NCBI RefSeq assembly: GCF_006345805.1
Contig: NC_042998.1
Location: forward strand, 159,588,001-159,652,000
Reading direction: 5' to 3'
From: Octopus sinensis
Taxonomy: Eukaryota
Length of the DNA stretch: 64,000 bases
The notes below the pieces were generated by a model. The model did not search any database. It worked only from the letters and a program-made list of their open reading frames with translations, and was not told the DNA's origin. Below are positions 13,501 through 25,916 of the stretch, in pieces. The stretch's first letter is position 1. The number at the start of each line of letters is the position of its first letter. The position numbers and the translations under genes were made by a program.

Positions 13501-14785
13501 TTAGGTTGTCAAGAAACTTCTTGTGGAATTTTTAATTTTGGTTTTAAATTATGTATTTTCAAATTAATTTTCGTTAAATTACTTTGATTTTATATATCAT
13601 TTTAAAGCCCGTTTTTCGCTCTATCTAATCGTGTTACTCTTTTTTTTTTTTTTTTTGAATAACGAGGCCATTTTTCTGGAATGTTGAATACAACATGGAC
13701 AAAAAGCAAATTCACACAATTTTCTTATTCCAGTTCAGGCTAGGCCAAAAAGCTGCTGAAATAGCTCACGATATCAACAATGTGTTTGGCCCAGGAACCA
13801 CTAATGAACGGACAGCACAATGGTGGTTCAAGAAATTTCGTAGTGGTGACAAGAGTCTTGAACATGATAAGCATAGTGGTCAGCCATCAGATGTTGACAA
13901 CGGTCAACTAAGTGCCTTAGTCAAAGCCAATCCATGCACAACTGTTTGAGAGCTTGCTTTTGAATTAGAAGTAACATATACGACAGTTTCCAACCACTTG
14001 AAAGAGATTGGAAAAACAAAAATACTTGAGAAATGGGTGCCGCATGAATTGAACGACAACCAAAAAGAACGCCATTTTGAAGTGTCTTCTTTCCTTCTTT
14101 TACATAACAAGAACAACCCTTTTCTCGGCCGGATTGTGATTTTCGATGAAAAGTGGATTCTTTACAATAACCGGCGATGCTCAGGTCAGTGGTTGGATGC
14201 CAACGAAGCTCCAAGGCACTTCCCGAAGCCAAAGTTGCACCAAAAGAAGGCCATGGTGACTGTTTGGTGGTCTGCAGCCAGTCTCATCCATCACAGCTTT
14301 TTGGATCCAGGCAAAACCATTACGGCAGAGAAGTACTGTCAGCAAATGGATGACAGGCATAAGAAACTCCGACAACAGCCAGCATTGGTCAATAGAAAAG
14401 GACCAATTCTTCTCCACAACACTCGGCTGCACGTCCCACAACAGACCCTGCAGAAGTTGAACGAATTGGGCTATGAAACTTTGCTTCATCCACCATAATC
14501 ACCAGACCTCTCGCCTACCAACTACCACTTTTTCAAGCATCTCAACAACTTCCTGCATGAGAAATTCTTCAAAAACCAAGACGAGGCCAGACACACCTTC
14601 AACGACTTCATCGTCACCAGAACACAGGATTTTTACACTACTGGCATAAATAAACTTGTTTCACATTGGCAAATGTGTGTTGATTCTGATGGTGTTTATT
14701 TCAATTGGTAAAGTTTTGTTTGTGCCGAGATATGTGCATCTGAATTTAAAGGTTAAAAACCACAAGAACTTTCTTGACAACCTAA
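13501..14785 (+). mobile_element. Full-length mariner transposon (cecropia/Hsmar1-like), 1285 bp
   Basis: 26-bp TIRs TTAGGTTGTCAAGAAA(C/G)TTCTTGTGG at 13501..13526 and 14760..14785 (1 mismatch); TA flanks on both sides; internal transposase. Confidence 0.97.
13695..14711 (+). pseudogene. Mariner transposase pseudogene (339 codons, two premature stops, no frameshift)
   Basis: MDKKQIHTIFLF..., WVPHEL, DEKWILY and HPP*SPDLSPTNYH in one frame; stops at 13947-49 and 14496-98; second catalytic motif HDNARPH reads HNTRLH. Confidence 0.95.
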
Positions 14786-14797
14786 TATATATATATA

Positions 14798-15090
14798 TCA
14801 TCATCATCATTGTTATTATCATATAGCGTTCGTTTCCCATGCTGGCATGGGTTAGACAATTTAAATGGAACTGGTAAGCCAGAGAGCTGTACAATGCTTC
14901 AGTCCAGTTTGGCTTGGTTTCAATGGTTGAATGCCCTTCCTAATGCCAACCACTCCAAAAGTTTAGTGGGTGCCTTTATACATTTCATTGGTACAGATGC
15001 CTTTTACATATCACTGGCATGGTTGCCTTTTATGCGTCAATGATGGTAGTGGCCATCCCTATGATATCACTAGGCTTGATGTTGTCTTCT
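14798..15090 (-). mobile_element. RTE 3' tail fragment next to the mariner right end
   Basis: (CAT)n followed by cgttcgtttcccatgctggcatgggtt...gcccttcctaatgccaaccactcc. Confidence 0.75.
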
Positions 15091-15151
15091 CAGGCAAATA
15101 TACACAGACACACACACACACACACACCACACACACACACACACCACACAC

Positions 15152-15203
<52 letters not shown>

Positions 15204-15223
15204 ATATATATATACACATATAT

Positions 15224-15415
15224 AGGAGTGGTTGTGTGGTAAGTAGCTTGCTTATGAACCACATGGTTTCAGGTTCAGTCCCACTGTGTGACACCTTGGG
15301 CAAGTGTCTTCTACTATAGCCTCGGGCCAACCAAAGCCTTGTGAGTGGATTTGGTAGACAGAAACTCCAGCATGGCCGCAGTCAAATGACTGAAACAAGT
15401 AAAAGAGTAAAGAGT
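15224..15415 (+). mobile_element. SINE family A with internal deletion
   Basis: Head joins the tail end directly (gtagacagaaact|ccagcatggccgcagtc). Confidence 0.8.
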
Positions 15416-15709
15416 ATATATATATTTGTTTGTGTGTATAAGAGAAAGTGGATGGCCTAGTGGTTAGGCTGTTGCATTCACACAGTTCTGATGGTTTTGA
15501 TTTGCAAACTGGTATTGCATTGTGTTCTTGAGCAAAACACTTCATTTCCTGTTGCTCCAGTCCACTCAGCTGTAAATGAGTAACACCCTGCAATGGACTG
15601 GCATACTATTCAAGAGAAATGTTGGCTTGCCCACTTAGCTAGTAGAATGGTTTCCTTCAAAAGCTACAACCAATCATGTATGGCCACATCTAATAGTCCG
15701 ATTGATGCA

Positions 15710-15752
<43 letters not shown>

Positions 15753-16044
15753 CAGTATAGGTATAGGTATCAATCCATGGACTGTTACTCATTTATATTT
15801 TACTCACCTGTCTCAGAATCTGCACATCAATGACTGAGATTCCTGACAGATGGTGACACTGAACGAACTGGGTGTTTTCACACCTTTTTACCATAAGAGA
15901 AATTTTTTCTCCATGGTAACTGCACTGTATTTGCCTTCTAGCAGTTGAAATATGTGACAAAAGTATTTCAACTAACCTAAATTCTGCTCATACCTAAACA
16001 CTGCCTTGTGCCAATGCTTCATTATATATATATATATATATTCA

Positions 16045-16260
16045 TGCAGGTGCCACGTTAAAAGCATTGGTGCTGGTGCCACATAAAATACACCCAGTAC
16101 ACTCTGTAGAGTGGTAGGCATTCAGAAGGGCATCCAGCTGAAGAAACCATGCCAGAACAGACAATGGAGCCTGGTACAGCACCTGGCCTTACAAGTTCTG
16201 GTCAAACAGTCCAACCCATGTGAGCATCAAAAACAGACATTAAATGATGATGATGATGAT
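16045..16260 (+). mobile_element. RTE 3' tail fragment
   Basis: cacccagtacactctgtagagtgg...ggcatccagctg...acattaaatgatgatgat. Confidence 0.75.
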
Positions 16261-16772
16261 GTTGATGATGGTGATGATGATGAGGAGGAGGAGGAGAGGA
16301 GGAGGAGGAGGAGAAGGAGGAGAAGGAGGAGGAGGAGGGTGGTATAACTGTATCATCATCATTGTTTCCACATCCTCTTTTCCATGCTCTGTTGGGTCAT
16401 ATAGAATTTGTTGAGACACTTTCTTTTGCTGGATGCCATTTCCACTGCCAACCCTCACCTTTGCTCCATATTCAGACATGTTCTCATGGAAGATTAGAAA
16501 CAAAAGACACTGCTGGCATGATTGTGACACTTATGGCTATCAAACAATGTCAAGGCAAGGAAACAGTAACATACACACACATGCACACATACCATACACA
16601 CATACCATACACACATACCATACACACACACATATGCCAGAGGCATCTCACATGTTTTTGGTTAGCCCAGGGTAAAAGACACTTTCCCAAGGTGCCATGA
16701 ACCTGTATCCATGTGGTTAGGAAGCAAATTTTTACCATGCACACACATTCACACACACAAATGCATGCACGT

Positions 16773-16806
<34 letters not shown>

Positions 16807-16885
16807 CAAACAATCACATAAACACAAACATGCACAAACATACCCAAATATATAAGTATGTATATTTGGGTATATATGAATGTAT

Positions 16886-16886
16886 G

Positions 16887-16917
<31 letters not shown>

Positions 16918-17262
16918 TTAACATCCGCTTTCCATCCTAGCATGGGTTGAACGATTTGAACCAGATGGCTGCACCAGGCTCCAATCTTGATCTGGCAGAG
17001 TTTCTACAGCCGGATGCCCTTCCAAATGCCAACCACTCTGAGAGTGTAGTGGGTGCTTTTACATGCCACTGGCACAAGGGCCAGTCAGGCAGTGCTGGCA
17101 ACGGCCACGCTCAAATGGTACATTTTACGTGCCACCTGCACAGGAGCCAGTCCAGCGGCACTGGCAACGACCTCACTTAAATGTATTTTCACGTACCATC
17201 AGCACAAGTGCCAGTAAGGCAATGCAGGTAATGATCACACTCAAATGGTGTTTTTTTACGTG
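16886..17262 (-). mobile_element. RTE 3' UTR fragment with diverged ~55-bp subrepeats
   Basis: (CAT)n tail plus homology to 24231..24700. Confidence 0.8.
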
Positions 17263-18153
17263 CCGAGGGTGGGCCGAAAAGTTTATAGGCTGACTATGAA
17301 GGAGTGATGCTAGAGCTGTCAAATCTTACATACATTAATTTCATCCCTTCTTATTGATAACTGCATTGTTTCTTTCTAACCAAGGATGATTGTTGTTTCT
17401 TTTACTTTGAGCCAGAGATAATCCATGCAGTGTGTGTATGTTTCATTAACATAGATGATTAGTGGTTACATAATGCAAATTACATAATCAACACTTTCTG
17501 ACATATCATTCCAGAGACAAGTAACTGTTATATACAATATTACTTGATTGAAAAGATAAAAGTATTCATGACAGTCACAAGTAATTTTGTCTTTGAAAGT
17601 GAGGAGCTGATTGTGAGCTTATCAGATTTTCTCATTCTAACACAATGTGCTCAGTCAGAAGATGAAGTCAAGACCACTGTTCATGTATGAGAATATAGGA
17701 TATCCTCAAAGTGGCCAAAGAACTCTACAGACATCATTAAGCTATCTAACTTGGTGTATGGATGATATAAAACATCATATCAGATGTTTGCTTTGCATCA
17801 TGACATTTAATCTTCCAGCAGTATGTTGCTACATGTGCCAATTGCCCGCATTAGTCAGTTGCCAGTAACTTGAAATCCTTGGCAATGAAGCTTATATTTT
17901 TCAGGCATCACCTGAATAAAATGCAAACATTCAGACACATATTTAATGTGCACATGTATACTGCATTTCATGACCATTGACTCCTTTGTTTTCATCTGCC
18001 TTTTGATAGTTCTTGCCTCTTCACCAGTAGGATGTCCAAAATTACTTTCCCTACAAAGCAAGCTTCATGCAGTTATCAGATTAGTCACTGTCAACCCAAA
18101 CATGCAGCAAGTTTTATTCATCATCATCATCATCATCATTATTATTATTATTA

Positions 18154-18198
<45 letters not shown>

Positions 18199-18472
18199 CA
18201 TTATTATTTAAGATGTCATACAGTATCCAATATCATGATGTTGTTGATTGAAGATATTGTGTCCACTGGGAGTTTGTACTGTCTGTTAAGTCACAACAAA
18301 GACCCCAAACACCTAAATTGTAGGGTATTTCTAAAGTTTCTGTAAGCCTAGTACTTATTCTATCGGGCTCTTTTGCCAAACTGCTAAGTTACGGGGATGT
18401 AAACACACCAGCATCGTTTGTCAAGCAATGTTGGGTGGGGGGAGAAATACAGACACATAGACATATGCATAC

Positions 18473-18822
18473 ACGTCATTGGAACCCAATGTTCCAATGA
18501 CAATCGGGACAGCTTTTATGTTTGACTCTCGTAGCTGGTGCATCTTAACGATCTCAATTCTCAGTTCTCCATATTTATCACTCTTTCCTCTTTCTTTCAT
18601 GTTTCTGGCACTGCTCTGTCGATTATTAGGCATTCTTGTTTGTCCCTGACCTTTGGTGATCTAACACCTTGTTTTTCTGGAAGTCAAAGTCCCAGAGGAT
18701 TTTTGCCTCCTCCTTTTCATCCATTACCTTTTCCAGTGTCTGTTGGTACCAAGCACCCATTACCTCATATCTATACTTCCAGCATAGTCGCCAGTGAAGG
18801 TTTTGGGCACCCTTGTCATGTC
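18473..18822 (-). mobile_element. R4/Dong-like non-LTR retrotransposon fragment (REL endonuclease region)
   Basis: HDKGAQNLHWRLCWKY...KILWDFDFQKNKVLDHQR and KSDKYGELRIEI...AVPIVIGTLG. Confidence 0.8.
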
Positions 18823-18832
18823 TGCACTTGTA

Positions 18833-19225
18833 CTCTTTCTCTTTTACTCTTTTACTTGTTTCACTCATTTGACTGTGGCCATGCTTATGCTTTGTAAGCA
18901 TGACTTATTCTTTGTAAGCCTAGTACTTATTCTATCGGGCTCTTTTGCCAAACCGCTAAGTTATGGGGATGTAAACACACCAGCATCGGTTGTCAAGCAA
19001 TGTTGGGTGAGGGGAGAAATACAAACACATAGACATATGCACACACGTACATATATATATATATGGGCTTCTTTCAGTTTCTGTCTACCAAATCCACTCA
19101 CAAGGCTTTGGTTGGCCTGAGGCTATAGAAGAAGACACTTGCTCAAGGTGCCACGCAGTGGGACTGAACCCGGAACAATGTGGTTGCTAAGGAAGCTACA
19201 TGCTACACAACCACTCCTACTCCTA
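18833..19225 (-). mobile_element. SINE family A
   Basis: Tail, short TA run and head. Confidence 0.85.
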
Positions 19226-19306
19226 TGTCTTTCTTTGCAAGATTTTCACAGTTATAATTATTTATTATTATAATTATTATTATTATTATTATCATCATCA
19301 TCATCA

Positions 19307-19355
<49 letters not shown>

Positions 19356-19660
19356 CATTATTATTATTATTTTTATTGTAAATTTTTCTTCCTCTTTCAA
19401 TTTTGTTTCCATTTCTTGCTGAATGTCTTCCCAACACCCATATACATTAATAGGTCATTAAAATAAACACACCAGATTATTAATTTACAAACTCAAGGTA
19501 TGTGAAAGAAAAGAAAGGAAAAGAAAAAGGAAACAAACAAAAAAAAAGGAAAGATAATTTTTTATATGGTATAATCATTTTCACAGCAACCATTTTCTTC
19601 TCAATACATGTGATGTACCAGTTAAAACAATTTTTACTATTATCGTTATTATTATTATTA

Positions 19661-19696
<36 letters not shown>

Positions 19697-19697
<1 letters not shown>

Positions 19698-20200
19698 GTG
19701 TGAGAGGGCAGTGCATGCTATCAAAGTGACACTGAGATAAAATATATGAAGCCCAGTATGCCCATCATAACTAACTGTCTGATAAGAGTACACCAGGCAC
19801 ATGCATTACAACCATATGTGCATGACATGGTGATCTCATAACAAGATAAACAGCATATGACCTTGCAGGTGAGCCTAAGTTAGAATTTTTTTCAAGTTGA
19901 GTAGCCCATCCCACTCAAAAAGTCCCTGAATAAGGGTTGTTTAAGAATGTTGAACAAAACACCCATGTTTCCAAATGTGAATTACTCAAACCCTAAAGAA
20001 TTCCTCTAAACACATGGCTATGATGGATCCCCCACTACTTCTACTTGTGATCAGAGATGCACATATCGTCAGCCACTAAGGGACATGCTCAACTGGTTAA
20101 GGTCAAGCAACTGACAAGCAGATCTGTAGTACTGAGCAGAATACTTTCTGTAGCCCATCTTTTATACCAAAACAAAACGTGTACATGATAGCACTGCCAA
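19697..20200 (-). mobile_element. (TAA)n-tailed retroelement 3' end (longer copy)
   Basis: Starts right after (TTA)n; first ~175 bp match 13104..13277. Confidence 0.6.
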
Positions 20201-20252
20201 TCAGTTGTACATAACATTTTCAATCAGTTTATCATCATCATCATCATCATCA

Positions 20253-20298
<46 letters not shown>

Positions 20299-20919
20299 AA
20301 CAAAATGGTTAGCAAAATTTCTTCTGGCTCTTTATGCCCTACATTCAAATTCTGCTGAAGGCAACTTTGCTTTTGATCCTTTCAGATTTGATAAAATAAG
20401 TACCAGTTGAGTTACTAGAGTTAATATAATCAACTTGCTCCTCTCCCCAAATTGCTGGCCTTGTGCCAAAATTTGAAACCGTTATTATCATCATCATCAA
20501 TATTAGTTATCAAATAAAAAAAAAAAGAATTCACTGAAGAAATTTGTAGTAGAGTCATTCCTACCATGCCTTAGAAAGTTATTGAAATTAAGAGAGAACG
20601 TTTTGATGAATAGTATTCATGTATTCATGAGAGATATCTGAGATTTAATTTCAATTTTTTTTTCTTTATTTATGCCTGAAAAGATATCACACAAGTTGCA
20701 TATGGTAAGATATTTCCTGCAAAGCTTTCCTCATACTTAGTAAGAAGGAAGGAATGATTAAGTTTGCATACAAAAATAACTTCTTATCTTATTCACAGTG
20801 GATGTATATATGTGTATGAAATGGTATAAAATGCTTGCATACAAATATATTCAAAAGTGACTGTGTTTCCACACACAAATATAAATACACACACACACAC
20901 ACACACATATGTATGTATA

Positions 20920-20955
<36 letters not shown>

Positions 20956-21629
20956 TGTATGTATGTATGATGTATGTATGTATGTATATATGTATACATA
21001 TATACACACACATACACTCACTTACAGACATTAATGTGTGTTTATGTGAGTGTGTTAATGATTGCATATGTATGTGTATGAAATGATTTACAAATTAGAT
21101 ATATATGAGATTCATGCATTCCATTTATTTCGAGTAAAATTTGATAATAGCCACAACTAAATTCTAATTTTCTCTCAGTGAATAAATGTTTTGATTAGAT
21201 TGACTTTAAGATCTGCCTTGTGAGGTTCATGCATGTCTAGTTACCACAGTGATGTCACAATATTTTTCTATATTATACATATCTATTGTGTGTGTATGTG
21301 CGTGTGTGTCTGTGTATATATAGTAAAATAAAATATGCTGAATACTGTGTAGACTGAGATTCCCACTGACAGGTCCCTAGTGTGTCATTACAGCAAGATA
21401 ATTTAAGTTTATTAGTGTAGTCAATCAAGAATAAGTATGTAGTTTTGGTGTAGTGACTAGCACAGCAATATAGTTTGCAGTAGACATGTTGATGTTACAA
21501 TTCTTCTACATTATTTGTGCATGTGTATATGTGTCTGAATGTATACCTATATTTACACATACATATATGCATGTGTGTTTCATATGAATTTGCTTATGCT
21601 ATTATTTAACCACAAGACGACACTGATCC

Positions 21630-21835
21630 GACAGAATCATTAGCACGCTGAACAAAATACTTAGCAGCTTTTTGTCCATCTTTAGACGCTGAGTTCAAAT
21701 TCCACTGAGGTTGACTTTGCCTTTCATCCTTTCAGGGTTGATAAAATAAATACCAGTCAAACACTGGGGTCAACGTAATCATCTATTCCCCTCCCACAAA
21801 CATTTCAGGTCTTGTGCTCATAGTAGAAAGAACTG
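21630..21835 (+). mobile_element. SINE family B
   Basis: acagaatcattagcacgctgaac...ctgagttcaaattccactgaggttgactttgcctttcatcc. Confidence 0.75.
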
Positions 21836-22253
21836 TTCAACCACAGGTCAACATCTGACTGAGTAAGCCAATGGTAAAAAGTATTCCAATCCTGACCACT
21901 CCATCAAATTTGCAATGAGCTATCCTTTGGAAGGGTTGGATGTGAAATGATAGAGATTTCACTGCTATTTCTAAAAATATAGAGGCACTTCACAGTTTCC
22001 CATCTCAGCAGCTTTTTCATGTATATATTCAAGCATTTAACTGCATATATATGCATATATGTGTCCATGCATTTGCATACTGGAGGTTATGAGTTTTATA
22101 TACACTTACACACGCATAAAATAATTTTATTGACTGTGATTTCCCAGTTTTATTGAATGTGTATACATACACATAAATATGCAAATGTGTGTGCATTTGT
22201 GTGTATAAGTATGTGTGTATGTATGTGTGTGTATGTATGTATGTATGTATGTA

Positions 22254-22288
<35 letters not shown>

Positions 22289-22795
22289 ATGTATGTATGT
22301 ATGTATGTATGTATGTATAATTTTGTAAATTTAGCATTTTTCACTTTTCTGTTAGATTTATATGTTTGTATTATCAACATTGTGTAATCTTCATTCTTGA
22401 AAATGTATATCTCTAAAATGTCATTTAAAAATATGCATTTCAAAAAGATAAATAAAGAAATGAAAACAGGAAGAGGAGAAAAATCAGTACCCCTCCCCCG
22501 CCCCCCAAAAAGGTATATATATTTATATATTATCAATATAATCCTAATCTACACCTTTGAAAATGTATCTCTGCAAAATTATATTTTAAAAAACTATGCC
22601 TTTTTTGAGAAAGTTATGGGGAATAAAAATTCTATTAAACACCAAATTTTTTCTCTCACTCTCTCTCTCTCTCTCTCTCTCTTTGATATACACATATATG
22701 AACATGTATGTATACACACACACATACATTTATATATATATACATATATATATATGAGCATGTATGTATATATACACATATACACACATGAATAT

Positions 22796-22850
<55 letters not shown>

Positions 22851-22860
22851 TATATATAAA

Positions 22861-23047
22861 TTGATCGTTAGCCACAAAACCTTTTTTTATTCTTTCTCTC
22901 TTTATTTCTGTGTTCCTTTCTGTTGAAGAGCGTAGGCTCGAAACATAAAAGACTTTCTCACTTCCTGAGCATTAAACTAACACATTTGTTTGTTGTTTAC
23001 ATAGCCATCTTCATCTTTTGTTTTGTTTGGCTTTTGTAAATTCCAAC
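22861..23047 (+). mobile_element. ~190-bp element embedded in (TA)n with hammerhead-like motif
   Basis: ctttCTGTTGAAGAGCGTAGGCTCGAAACATAaaag at 22916..22951; TA repeats on both sides; relatives at 8.85 kb and 61.05 kb. Confidence 0.6.
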
Positions 23048-23073
23048 TATATATATATATACATATATATATG

Positions 23074-23174
<101 letters not shown>

Positions 23175-23805
23175 ATCAGTATGTACAAAAATAAACTAAT
23201 ACAGGAGACTATACAGGTTAATTAAACAAACTTAATTATCATTTTACTGTATATTTCAAAAACAAAATAGACTATCGTACTTTAAAATTTCACTGTTTCT
23301 TTTTGGTTCCAGCATAGCAGCTACGCAGCTAAAAACAGAATGAGTGGGTGTCACAAGAGCTTAAGACAGCTGATATATTATTGCACCAAGTAAAATTTTT
23401 CAGTTGTTAAATACTCAACAAGAAAAGAAGCAAAAGTTGATTTTATATTATTTTAAAATTTTTTTTCCTTTTCAGTTAACAGGAATTATGGCTTTGCAAA
23501 TGTTTAAAAATTCTTAACATCTTATCTACCATCTTTAAACAAGCACATCATATTTATAAAATTTGGACCATATCATGAAGTAAAACAAACATTACTGAGG
23601 GTTATGTGTAAAGTTTTTTAATTAATTGTTTTATGAATTTTCAAAATGGAAGAAACTAAGCAAGTGAGGCAATGGAGATTAGCACAGGAAAGAAAAAGGA
23701 GCAAATCTGATAAAAGTTAAATTATAATTACTGTATGTTTGCCATATTTTCTGATATAACACATGCTGGCAAAACTATATTTCCTAAGTTACCTATCATT
23801 ACCTA

Positions 23806-24210
23806 GAGGCATAGGAGTGGCTGTGTGGTAAGTAGCTTGTTTACAAACCACATGGTTCCGGGTTCAGTCCCACTGCGTGGCATCTCGGGCAAGTGTCTTC
23901 TGCTATAACCTCGGGCCGACCAATGCCTTGTGAGTGGATTTGGTAGACGGAAACTGAAAGAAGCCTGTCGTATATATGTATATATATATATGTGTATGTG
24001 TGTGTGTTTGTCCCCCTAGCATTGCTTGACAACCAATGCTTGTGTATTTATGTCCCCGTCACTTAGCGGTTCGGCAAAAGAGACTGATAGAATAAGTACT
24101 GGGCTTACAAAGAATAAGTCCCGGAGTCAATTTGCTCGACTAAAGGTGGTACTCCAGCATGGCTGCAGTCAAATGACTGAAACAAGTAAAAGAGTAAAAG
24201 AGTAAAAGAG
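23806..24210 (+). mobile_element. SINE family A, full-length, young
   Basis: Head GGAGTGGCTGTGTGGTAAG...GGTTCAGTCCC, microsatellite, tail and (AAAAGAGT)n end; many CpGs retained. Confidence 0.9.
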
Positions 24211-24384
24211 ATATATGTATATATATATATCATCATCATCATTTAGCGTCCGTTTTCCATGCTAGCATGGGTTGGACGGTTCAACTGGGGTCTGGGGAGC
24301 CCGAAGGCTGCACCAGGCCAGTCAGATCTGGCAGTGTTTCTACAGCTGGATGCCCTTCCTAACGCCAACCACTCCGAGAGTGTA

Positions 24385-25880
24385 GTGGGTGATTTTATGT
24401 GCCACCGACACAGGTGCCAGACGAGGCTGGCGAACGGCCACGCTCGGATGGTGTTTTTATGTGCCACCGACACAGGTGCAAGACGAGGCTGGCAGACGGC
24501 CACGCTCGGATGGTGTTTTTATGTGCCACCGACACAGGTGCCAGATGAGGCTGGCAGGTGCCAGACGAGGCTGGCAGACGGCCACGCTCGGATGGTTTTT
24601 ATGTGCCACCGACACAGGTGCCAGATGAGGCTGGCGGACGGCCACGATCGGATGGTGTTTGTTACGTCCCCAAAGCACGGAGGGTAGTCTATGCGGTACT
24701 GGCTACGGCCACGTTCGGATGATTTTCTTGTGTGCCACCGGCACTGGTACCACAAAGATACAAATTCCTTTATGTTCATCTATTTTGATTTGTTTTGATT
24801 TGATTTGATTTTCACTTGCCTCAACAGGTCTTCACAAGTGTCACTTGCCTCAACAGGTCTTCACAAGTGTCACAAGAAGGAAGGTATGCACAGGTGGACT
24901 GTCTACGTCGCCGGGTCTTCGGATGGTGTCTTTATGTGCCACCGACACAGGTGCCAGATGTGGCTGGCGAACGGCCACGATCGGATGGTTTTCTTGTGTG
25001 CCACCGGTACTGGAACCACAAAGATACAAATTCCATTGATGTTCATCTATTTTGATTTGGTTTGATTTTCACTTGCCTCAGCAGGTCTTCACAAGTGTCA
25101 CGCGTGTCACACACTTGCCTCAACAGGTCTCCACAAGTGTCACACACTTGCCTCTGCCTCAACAGGTCTTCACAAAGTGTCACACACTTGCCTCTGCCTC
25201 AACAGGTCTTCACAAGTGTCATAAGAGGGAAGGTATGCACAGGTGGACTGACTACGTCGCCAGGTCTTTGGATGGTGTTTTTATGTGCCACCGACACAGG
25301 TGCCAGGTGAGGCTGGCGAACGGCCACGATCAGATGGTTTGTTTGTTGTGCCACAGCACGGAGGCCAGTCGATGCGGTACCAGCTACGGCCACTTCGGAT
25401 GGTTTTCTTGTGTGCCACCGGTACTGGAACCACAAAGATACAAATTCCATTGATATTCATCTATTTTGATTTGTGTTTTTGATTTTCACTTGCCTCAACA
25501 GGTCTTCACAAGTGTCACACACTTGCCTCAACAGGTCTTCACAAGTGTCATAAGAGGGAAGGTATGCACAGGTGGACTGACTACGTCGCCGGGTCTTCGG
25601 ATGGTGTCTTTATGTGCCACCGGCACAGGTGCCAGATGAGGCTGGCGAACGGCCACGATCGGATGGTGTTTGTTGTGCCCACAGCACGGAGGCCAGTCGA
25701 TGCGGTACTGGTTACGGCCACGTTTGGGTGGTTTTCTTGTGTGCCACCGGCACTGGTACCACAAAGAATACAATTCCACTGATGTTCATCTATTTTGATT
25801 TGTTTTGATTTGATTTGATTTTCACTTGCCTCAACAGGTCTTCATAAGTGTCACAAGAAGGAAGGTATGCACAGGACTGA
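24385..25880 (-). repeat. Nested tandem repeats in the LINE 3' UTR (~60-bp and ~27-33-bp units within 4 higher-order blocks)
   Basis: Unit gatggtgtttttatgtgccaccgacacaggtgccagacgaggctggcgaacggccacgctc and unit cacttgcctcaacaggtcttcacaagtgtca; block marker tgttcatctattttgatt near 24775, 25040, 25455 and 25785. Confidence 0.9.
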
Positions 25881-25916
25881 CTACGTCCCAGGTCGGGGCC
25901 ACGGGTTATGGCCTGA

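Noticed and set aside
17266-17390. Possible mariner-type terminus (CGAGGGTGGGCCGAAAAG)
   Set aside because: No matching second TIR or transposase found nearby; too weak to call.
23806-23890. tRNA-like heads as tRNA genes
   Set aside because: No complete cloverleaf; they continue into SINE bodies present in many diverged copies.
24385-25880. CRISPR-like appearance of regularly recurring repeats
   Set aside because: There are no unique spacers; the units are contiguous diverged tandem copies in a LINE 3' UTR, in a eukaryotic context with no cas genes.
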